Assembly (NCBI GenBank): GCA_051942245.1
Contig: JAVECL010000002.1
Location: 168,569-188,568, forward strand
Length of the DNA stretch: 20,000 nt
Direction of reading: 5' to 3'
Origin: Trypethelium eluteriae
Lineage: Eukaryota
The position numbers and the translations under genes were made by a program. The stretch's first letter is position 1, and the number at the start of each line of letters is the position of its first letter. The notes below the pieces were generated by a model that had not been told where the DNA came from, did not search any database, and saw nothing but the letters and a program-made list of their open reading frames with translations. Positions 11,828-20,000 of this stretch are shown here, piece by piece.

Positions 11828-13243
11828 ATGGCTTCTGCGAACCACCGGCGCGCGCACTCGCATAATGTACCTCCATCGCTACCCATAGAATGGTGTCACC
11901 GGAGCGGTGTCAATGAAAGGAATCGCACTCGAGCTTACCAAGCGCCGCCATATTCAACTTCAGACCAACGTCAACCCTACGATCGACCAAGGATTACAAC
12001 TGACCAGAGACCTTCCCAGTTCGACTTACCCTATGACGAATATCTGCTGCCAAATTCCTTTGAACGTAAAAAACCAAACTTTGCCAACACTCAAAGAATT
12101 GGCTTCGATCAACATCGACGTGGAGGAGTCAACCACGAGAACGGCAAGGAAGACGCCAATTACAAGCTAAATAAGAGCATTCGCAAAGATCCCGACCCAC
12201 CTGCATCAAAAGATCGAGTGACGCACGGTGCCATCCATAGTCGTCAAGAGCAAAACCCTATTGAAGACTGGCTTCTCAACTCCTCCCATATCGATGATAC
12301 TCGAAGCACTAGTACCGAAACCGTTGTGGATGACAAAGCCTTGCGACCAAGTCAGAGCTATTTCCGGAGCCCTCAACATAGAGGCCATCGGGGTCAATCA
12401 GCGCAAGGATACACAAGAGGCGGTAAGGACCTGCATTGGCTGAATAGCTATCTTCCTGCGCACTCGAATACCAGCACTGAGACAGTCGTAGCTGATAATA
12501 GGTTTCGAAATGTTAAGGATTACGACCCAAGTAGCTACAAGGAGCGCGGCTGGAAGATTCAGAATGCAGAGAACAGAATTCCACAAGAACGGGCTGTTAG
12601 ATCTCAACAGGCGGCCATCAGAGTCCAGCAAGGGAATACCAACAGGATTCGAGAAGAGGCAAGAAACAAGGCCCTACACGATGAAGACTTCTCTGCATTT
12701 CTTCGCGAAGAATTCCAGAAAGTACCAGAAAGAATGAAAGGGGCAAACAAGAAATGGCCAGGTCTGGACTATGGCCAAGCAATCGGCAAGGCGTTTCTTA
12801 GCGAATCCTCCTTCTCATTCACGGGTCCAGGTCCATCTCGAACCGCTGAGGACGTACCACACCCTTCTTATCGAGATGCCAAGCATCGCCGTTTTAAAAG
12901 CACAGGACTCGAGGCAACAAACGATAGTTCACCCAAGCCGGGCGGAGCAAGCCACTGGGCCTACTCTGGCCTCCCTATCAACCGGTCGCTGCGTAATCCC
13001 ATTGGCGTATTTCTGGACCAGGTGACAAGAAAGCATCTGCTTTCCGCCAAGAAGACTGATGAACGTGACACCTCGGAGAATTTGGCCCGAATTGGGGATC
13101 TCATGGAATATAAAGCGTGCGGGAGTCGCGGATCCCGTCCACCAAGCCCGGACTGGATTAAGGAATATGCGAAGGCGAGGCTTGAGCCGGAGCAAAACGC
13201 ATTGTCACACTATGAGAAGCTGGAGAAGGGGCTTGGGAAGTAA
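11828..13243 (+). CDS. Hypothetical hydrophilic/disordered protein, 471 aa, no recognised domain
   Basis: Uninterrupted 1416-nt ORF rich in R/S/D/Q/P/H, with an internal repeat (STETVV twice). No family motif recognised. Confidence 0.65.
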   Translation: MASANHRRAHSHNVPPSLPIEWCHRSGVNERNRTRAYQAPPYSTSDQRQPYDRPRITTDQRPSQFDLPYDEYLLPNSFERKKPNFANTQRIGFDQHRRGGVNHENGKEDANYKLNKSIRKDPDPPASKDRVTHGAIHSRQEQNPIEDWLLNSSHIDDTRSTSTETVVDDKALRPSQSYFRSPQHRGHRGQSAQGYTRGGKDLHWLNSYLPAHSNTSTETVVADNRFRNVKDYDPSSYKERGWKIQNAENRIPQERAVRSQQAAIRVQQGNTNRIREEARNKALHDEDFSAFLREEFQKVPERMKGANKKWPGLDYGQAIGKAFLSESSFSFTGPGPSRTAEDVPHPSYRDAKHRRFKSTGLEATNDSSPKPGGASHWAYSGLPINRSLRNPIGVFLDQVTRKHLLSAKKTDERDTSENLARIGDLMEYKACGSRGSRPPSPDWIKEYAKARLEPEQNALSHYEKLEKGLGK

Positions 13244-13443
13244 TGGTCTGAAGGTTCTTAGCGCCATGTTCGAGTTAGTCATGACGATCAGAGGGCCGAT
13301 CTGAAAGGGCTGGAGCTTTGTCACTATCTGACATAGGTTTTTGGGCAGTTAAGAAACTCTATCTGGATTGCGGATCTAATAATTTGGCACAGGCGCCAAG
13401 ATAAATGAGTGGTGTAGCCGATCAGACTCTTCTTACTGAAATA

Positions 13444-14290
13444 TTAAGTATGATAGACGGGTGTCCCCCGAGACCAATCTAACTGCCGCTTGCAATACCA
13501 CGTATCCGATGGGTTTCCCCCAATCCCGCAGATATCTCCAAGCCCAGTGTCCTGCTCTAAGGATGTGTACAAGCTAAAGCCGTGCTGTTCGAGACATTCC
13601 AACAATATCAGCAAGAGCTCGCGTGCCTTGACCGTGTTCAAGCCAACCACGAGCTAGGGACAACCTTTGAACTGAATCCCGAATACCGTGTCCTCTGCTC
13701 GGGCTCGGTGTCTCTGCACTCGCTCGCCATATGCCTGAACCAGTGCGGCCTGTAGCTCGTCCGGAGCATCGATTAGATAAAGGAAATCATCGCCCATGAA
13801 ACTGATGCAGATCCAGCGATAGAGCTGTGGAGCCGGATTCTGACATCGAAGAAATAGCGTGTCTTTACCAGCGCCTTTGGGGTAAATATTTACGGCTGTA
13901 TTGAGGACCCAACCCGAGTCAAAAAGGCCAGACAGGAGGCCGCACATGAACCGACGAGACTGAGACTTGAACCTAGACTCCATAATGTAATCCCAGGGGT
14001 GGTTCTTGAGTTTCAGCTCGAACGATGAACCGTAGACACGCTCACCCTGAACGCCTTTTGGCCAGGCGGATTTGACGAGATCCTGTCTACGAGAGTGACA
14101 GTCGTGAGGAAAGTTCATTAATCGAATCCGATTTGACATGTGCATTGAGAGGCAGGCAAATTGGGTATGAAATACTGAAGACGAGCTTTCGCCGCCCGCT
14201 AGTTGTGTTGCTGCATCCTGGTATAGCGGTGGAGAGGGAAGTTTTTGTAGGTCTTGTGAGTTCGGCTGGGGTGCCTGTCTTCTCTGCCAT
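13444..14290 (-). pseudogene. Disrupted copy of a conserved fungal hypothetical protein (HMS.R.RL..FP...WPKG.Q family)
   Basis: ORFs 14145-13654 and 13650-13444 are in the same frame, separated by a TAG at 13656-13654 (FKGCP*LVVG). The best upstream ATG (14290, AAGCATGG) is 1 nt out of frame with the downstream coding sequence (PSPPLYQ...FACLSMHMSNRIRLMNFP). Confidence 0.7.
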
Positions 14291-14817
14291 GCTTCTTGTG
14301 CTTGATGAGAGAGCCAAAGATCTCAGACTTCGGGTAATTTTTCAGAATAGCAGACGAACACTAGGAGATGCGTGTATTGTTTCTGGATGATAACAACCAT
14401 GTCTTCCTAATTACTACCGACAGAGATGTGGAAAGTCCTACCGTATCGCACTGAGAATGTGCGGACCGCGAGTAATGCCGATCTTCAAGCTCAGGCAGTC
14501 CATATAGATGTTCGCGCCTTACAAGACCAATAATCGCGGATTGGACGTTTTTACGTTGGGTGGCTCTGAAGTCGAAAGATGCAGCCGCAAGGTTGATCGG
14601 AGATCATCAATTCGCGCACAACTCGGAACATTTTGTTGTCGGCGCCCCACTCTCCACTCCATGATGGGAATACTATTTGACGTTGGCTCCAAGAACGGTC
14701 CACTGCTCTTTGATCGAAACAAAGGAAATGCAATGATGATATCTTGCTGAAGACACTAGCATTCAACACTTGACGTGCTGTGTTTGCTTGGGAATCGAAA
14801 AGGACCCCTTACCAAGA

Positions 14818-15942
14818 ATGACATCCACTCGCTCCTTCCAACTCATTTTTCTCGGGGATGTCATGCTGGGAAGACTCATTGATCAATGCTTTCCAACTCA
14901 CGTCCACGAGCTATCAGAAGGCAGAATTGTTGAACAGCTTAAACAGTCAGATGCTGCATTACGTTCCTACGGCTTGGCTTCGCCTTGGGGTGATACCTTA
15001 CCTCTACTGCGTTCGGCCGATCTAAGGCTGATCAATCTGGAGACCTCAGCGACATGTCATTCCATCAAGTGGCCAAATAAGGTATTCAATTATCGGATGC
15101 ACCCGGCGAATATCGAGGCCTTGAAAGTCGCTAGGATCGACTACGCTAGTCTGGCAAACAACCATACTCTGGATTTCGGTGAAGCAGGTCTTGCCGAGAC
15201 TGTCAAAACCCTGAGATCTGCCGGCATTCACTCAGCTGGGGCTGGTTTGACACGTGAAGAAGCACAAGGACCAGCCAAAGTCCCCATTGAAGCAAATTCG
15301 CGTGACGGTGACCAAGATCATACAATTGACGTCTTTTCCGCATCCGATCACCCTCAAGATTGGGCTCGCGTACCGAATTTCCATTTCATAGACTATTCTT
15401 CCGCAACGAAGAGTCATTTGCATAGAATCATCAATCAAAGTAATAAGATCTCAAAATCATCGCTTAAGATATTCAGTATCCATTGGGGTCCCAATTATTC
15501 CTGGAAACCCTCTGAAGAAATACGAGACTTGGCTCATTTTCTCATCGACGAATGTGAAATTGATATTGTTCATGGTCATTCTTCACATCATGTGCAAGGG
15601 GTTGAGCAATACAAGCCTGGCAAGATCATCATATATGGGTGTGGCGACTTCGTTGATGATTACGCTTTGACTTCGGGCTATCGCAACGACTTGAGCGCCG
15701 TTTGGAGAATCACGGTGAATGACATGAAGCAAGCACCTGACAAGCACGATCTTGTCCCGACAAAGTTGGAAGTATTCCCATCACGAATCAAGGATTTCCA
15801 AGTCCAGCTATTGAATAAGAAAGACAACGACCATCGGTGGGTATGTGACAAGATACGGACGCTCAGTCAAGACTTGGGTTCAACAAGTTCCGCATTTTTA
15901 GGGGAAGAAGGTCAGCTAGTATTTGAACTGTACGATAAGTAA
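14818..15942 (+). CDS. CapA/PGA_cap (poly-gamma-glutamate synthesis protein-like) metallophosphatase, intronless, ~374 aa
   Basis: Motifs GDVMLGR, INLET, YRMHP.N, LANNHTLDFG, SIHWGPNY, HGHSSHH and YGCGDFVDDY are characteristic of the CapA metallophosphoesterase family. ATG at 14818. Confidence 0.9.
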   Translation: MTSTRSFQLIFLGDVMLGRLIDQCFPTHVHELSEGRIVEQLKQSDAALRSYGLASPWGDTLPLLRSADLRLINLETSATCHSIKWPNKVFNYRMHPANIEALKVARIDYASLANNHTLDFGEAGLAETVKTLRSAGIHSAGAGLTREEAQGPAKVPIEANSRDGDQDHTIDVFSASDHPQDWARVPNFHFIDYSSATKSHLHRIINQSNKISKSSLKIFSIHWGPNYSWKPSEEIRDLAHFLIDECEIDIVHGHSSHHVQGVEQYKPGKIIIYGCGDFVDDYALTSGYRNDLSAVWRITVNDMKQAPDKHDLVPTKLEVFPSRIKDFQVQLLNKKDNDHRWVCDKIRTLSQDLGSTSSAFLGEEGQLVFELYDK

Positions 15943-16353
15943 AGGCGAATTCTTTCTTGCTCCATACTGTCCTTGTAATTGTACATGTGATGTGGAGAGA
16001 CGATTATCCCCTGGTCATGTACTAGCTCCGATTGGCTGCGATCTTCTTTGTCCTATTGAATGTGTTTCACCAACTCAGTAATACTAACAATCAATCACTG
16101 CTCTACGGCATAGAATCGGTACCTTGATATTGCGTGAGAGCCAGGCTTTCATGCTTCCTGGCATCCTCGCTTCCGGCTTGCAGACTTTGAGCGCAGCGTG
16201 GAGGCCCTCTCCCCTCATATTTTTTACGCACTCGCAAGCCTTTTCTCATATGTTTCTTCCCGAGAAACATAATTAGTTCATCCGAATCCTCAGCTCAACT
16301 ATCAGTCCGAGCCCAGTAAGCAGGCTTACAGCGGCTCAAAGAAATCGCGCAAT

Positions 16354-17171
16354 ATGACTTTCTTTTTTGAATTGGGCCACGCTTTGAAGAAGAAGCGCAA
16401 AGATGGCTCATCACCCTTCATGCCCGCACCATGGCCGTATTTTGGGCCTGAGGCGATGGTGGGAGGTGCTTACGGAATAGGAAGAGGCGGTCATCCATCC
16501 GGAAGAGGCGGTCACTCATTAGGAAGAGGTGGACATGAATATACTCACGACGTTCATCCTGGTAAGCTTTTAGACTTGCACATCTTCGAAATTGTTGCTG
16601 ATTTTTGATAGCCGTCAAAGAGGGTATGCTGATAGCAGCACAAGCCGGTGATCCAAGAGCAATCACTTTTGCTCAAAGACGTGGCTGGCTTGGCCCGGAG
16701 GACGGAGGCCCCTCTACTGATCCAAGGGAAGGGTTTGGAGGTCCTAATCGCGGAGGGTTGGGTGGAGTCTTTGCTGGCCGTGGTAATCATGGAGGTCATC
16801 ACGGAGACCATCATGGAGGAGATCACGGACACCCTTCTGAACCTCATGACTGGTCGCAGCAGCATCATCATGACGCTCTGACAGGCGGTTTCGGGCCTCC
16901 AAGCTTGGGACCAGGGGCTGAAGAAGATGGGGAGCCCCCACCGTACGGAGCAGAGCATGGGGTCGGTGGACTTGGCTCTCCAGGAATGAGAGGTGGCCGC
17001 GGTCGTGGGTTTACAGGCCGTGGTACAGGTCACCCCATGCATCCTATAATGGATAATTCTGGAATTGGTCACTACCCTCTCATGTCACAGCGTGGGGGCC
17101 ATGGACACGGCCGTGGGCGAGGCCACAGTCGTTGTCGGAGCCATGCTCCTTTTGCACCAAACGGCTGGTAG
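16354..17171 (+). CDS. Gly/His/Arg-rich low-complexity protein (RGG motifs), ~255 aa
   Basis: Exon 1 is 16354-16561. Intron 16562-16611 (GTAAGC...GCTGAT...TAG, 50 nt). Exon 2 is 16612-17171. Splicing fuses two Gly-rich ORFs in frame (DVHPAVKEGMLIAAQAGDPRA). Confidence 0.75.
16480..16536 (+). repeat. 21-bp coding tandem repeat (GRGGH-x-x), ~3 copies
   Basis: Units: GGAAGAGGCGGTCATCCATCC / GGAAGAGGCGGTCACTCATTA / GGAAGAGGTGGACAT. Confidence 0.85.
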
Positions 17172-17744
17172 GCTTTTTGATGCTACCAATAATAATTGAG
17201 GCTGTACGTAAAGTCATCATGGTGTGCACATACCTAGCCGTAGCTTGGTATACTCAAGGCCTTCAATATATTCATCATCACTACTTGTTCCGACTCCACT
17301 TATCTTTGGTAGCTTATGTGTACCATGTATCATCACAGTAGCGTCTCAATATATTAGGCATGGCTTAGCTACCTTATATATCTCCGTTCTGGTTCCATGT
17401 AAACCAGTTCCCAGTGCCGTAGACCGCAATTGTCCATCTATCAAAAGGCCGCAAACCATATGCATAAACATTTGGTCTTCATGGATTAAAATCAAACTTC
17501 AGATATTCTATCGATGGTTTATTAGGACGGCATTGGACTTCTCAAGATCAAATGCTCTCTCAGAGTGCAGATAAGATGTACATAACCATGACCATGGAGC
17601 GATGATAGAATGCGCGATGACATAAAGAATGTAAATATGAAAGATTTCGATACCCAATTGTGGAAACTGAGCGACCGACCTCATTTCAGATAATACAGTC
17701 CGGAAAGTGGTATTCTCAAGTGGTATATACAGAACCGCTTTTTC

Positions 17745-19166
17745 CTAGTTTTCTCCACGGTATGGTTTTCCATAAATGTTTTTATATATAGTTGGAAGTG
17801 TCACGGTGGTATAAACGCCTTGAAGCGAGCGTTCAAATGTTTGTCTATCATTTGCCGTGTCAAGCAGCGTCTTGCGAACATCTTTTGAAGCGAGTAGTGA
17901 AGATTGATTCGAGGCTTCTCGGGTAGTGAAAACTTCGTAGAAGAGATCTCTGTCCGCCATCGGACCAGCATAGTTCTCATGGAACAACCAGGGATAGACA
18001 CACAAAGATTGTAGCGGGGCGACAGTACCGGGGAAGTCAATGATTCCCGTGATGTTGTACTCATCATCGACCTGTTGCGGATAAGTCAATACAGACACAA
18101 CGATGAAGTCTATCCTAACCTTAGATACGGCTTGAGGTATGACATCATTTTGATGATATATTGGAAAGATAACCTACAAGTATATTTTGTACCGTCAAGT
18201 CGTTATGGAACAGCACGAACGGACCGTATTCGTACTCAGCAATCCGCAATCTTGATCTCATCTTATCAAGAGTTTCGAAATCCTCAATCGTCTCTTCACG
18301 ACACACTTTCTCCGGATCAATCGGAACATGCGCCTTACCAAGCAGACAACTTGCATGATATAGGTCAGAAACAGTGGAGAATGGACCACGATACTTTGGT
18401 TCTAGGCTCTTGAAAGCTGCCGTTCTTTCCTTCGGGAAAGCAGTGGTATTGGGGTCAACATATTCTGTCACAAAGAAGCTACCGCTCGAGTTCTCACGCA
18501 AGGATCCGATCTTGTCGAATGTCAACGAGGCTTGTATTCCCAACATATCAGTCTCTGGTCAGTCAGATAGGGCTTCAGCACATGCCTAGATCAATGATTA
18601 TATCCGTTAATTGTTCATGGACTTTTCTGACAATGCGAAGGTCATCTAAGCTCCAGTCGCTATCGTCATCGTCGTCGTCTGGCTCTAAGGTCTGCAATTC
18701 GTGCCCGGGAAGTCGTTCCATCAATAGAAACGTAGTATCTGTTGTATTCTTTGGATTCGACTTGAGAGCATGGTGATAAACTGTTGGAACAGGAATGCTA
18801 GAATGCTGTTTGACGTATTTTAGAATAGCAACATAAGAAAGTGTACACTCGTCCGGTTGAAAACAATGATCTGGAAGGGGTATTCGCGCAAGCCACACAA
18901 TGCCATCAGAGAACTCTAGCTCTTGAACAACATTGAACCCTATAGTGTGGAAAAAAATAAGCGCGCCAAATTTCATGAGCATGATAAAATGGGGTCTCGG
19001 AAATCTCACCTCCGATGGTATGCTTTCCCGGGTGACATTCCAATCCAGCTCTGCAAGCTGCAGCAACTTTACAGAACTGGTCCAGCCTGAGGCATGCTAC
19101 AAAATCTTGCGCCGCAGGATCAACATGTGGTTGATCAAGACATTGTGGGTTTTGAGGCTCCCCCAT
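17745..19166 (-). CDS. Aminoglycoside phosphotransferase (APH)/choline kinase-like family protein, ~396 aa
   Basis: Exons 19166-19010, 18939-18586, 18530-18178 and 18071-17745. Introns are 70 nt GT-AG, 55 nt GC-AG and 106 nt GT-AG. Motifs: GGFNVV..LEFSDG..W.ARIP, IPVPTVY, LMERLPG, LASLTFDKIGSL, catalytic HNDLTVQNILVD and GIIDF. Confidence 0.88.
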
Positions 19167-19270
19167 TTTGTCTTTGCAAAGAATGTTTTTGGTGATGGAA
19201 ATGATGAGGCACGCATGTCTGTGCGGGGATGAACGGCACAGTTAGCGTGGAATTAGAGTGGCGAAACTGA

Positions 19271-20000
19271 CTGGCCCTAACCTATATGGGGCGAAGGACT
19301 CTTATAAGGGTCCTTTGCTTTTGTTAGCAAAATAGGGTTAGGGTTAACACGACAGGGGGTAGGGTCCTTTGGTAGGGTCCTTTGCTTTTAACCTTGTCCA
19401 AATCGCTCCAAATTTTGACAGCTTACAAAGCAAGCTAAAATGAGCATTTTTTATTAATTAACCACTATCATAAACTGATTCCTTTAATAAGAAAAACAGT
19501 AATTAGGGTTAAAGTGGAATTTTTTTGATGGGGTGATGCGGCCGCATAGCTGCACCGTGCGGCAGGCTGAGTTAGCAGCAACCACTACAGCAACCACCAC
19601 AGCACAACATGTTCCGCAGCAACCACCACAGCGCAATCTGTTTAGCAGCATACGCAGCAGCGACTCGAATAGCGCCTCCAGCAGTTAATTAAGTAGGGCT
19701 AATTTAGCAGCTATTTGAATGATAGTTGGAGCAGCAAATCCAGTAGCAGTTCAGCAGCAAGTCGAACAGTATACTGAACTGTCGATCGAACAGCCAATTA
19801 AGCATCAAATAGGCAGCCAATTCAGCAGCCAATTCAGCAGCCAATTCAGCAGCCAATACAGCAGCTGATACAGCAGCTGATTTAGAAGTAAGTCCAGTAG
19901 CATAGCTAGCAGCCATTCAGACGATGAGTGGAGCAGCAAGTTAGGCAGCAAACTGAGCAGCATATCCAGCAGTGAATTGAGCAGCAGATTAGCAGCAGAT
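19271..20000. mobile_element. Probable RIP-degenerated repetitive element (class unknown), continuing past the window end
   Basis: Structured left end with inverted repeats, AGGGTCCTTTG x3 and TTAGGG motifs. An AT-rich stretch follows, then a CAG-rich frame with many TAG/TAA codons where Gln codons are expected. No transposase motif is visible. Confidence 0.45.
19814..19885 (+). repeat. 12-bp minisatellite (CAGCCAATTCAG), 6 copies diverging toward the 3' end; would encode QPIQ
   Basis: CAGCCAATTCAG x3, then CAGCCAATACAG, CAGCTGATACAG and CAGCTGATTTAG. Confidence 0.9.

Noticed and set aside
1..19166. Whole region as a novel metabolic cluster (cyclase + thioesterase + ACAD + CapA + kinase)
   Set aside because: There is no backbone enzyme, transporter or cluster regulator. 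The genes are interleaved with housekeeping eIF2D and unrelated ORFs. Only conserved synteny or co-expression could support it.
19300..19890. CRISPR-like array or true chromosome telomere
   Set aside because: The context is eukaryotic, the repeats lack regular unique spacers, and TTAGGG occurs in at most ~2 tandem copies.
19704..19916. Minus-strand ORF with AAEL repeats
   Set aside because: It is the antisense reading of the 12-bp minisatellite, not an independent gene.

Overview
Gene-dense genomic DNA from a filamentous ascomycete (Pezizomycotina). This is inferred from short GT-AG introns (46-106 nt) with CTRAY-like branch sites, fungal gene families and RIP-like decay. I built 10 protein-coding models by hand plus one probable pseudogene. 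In order: cyclase family (partial), BTB/POZ protein, THEM6/YBR096W-like hot-dog thioesterase, eIF2D/Tma64, intronless bacterial-type acyl-CoA dehydrogenase, orphan disordered protein, disrupted conserved fungal gene, intronless CapA-family metallophosphatase, Gly/His/RGG-rich protein, and an APH-like kinase with a GC-AG intron. The last ~730 bp switch to a repeat-like sequence: a nested inverted-repeat structure with TTAGGG-like arms, then a Gln-rich frame broken by CAG>TAG-type stops. I cannot support a claim that the genes form one new system. The best leads are the structured element end at 19.27-20 kb, a cryptic multi-intron minus-strand transcript at 2.8-3.9 kb, the Trp>TAG disrupted gene, and a possibly peroxisome-targeted bacterial-type ACAD. 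All family assignments come from motif recall, not database searches.
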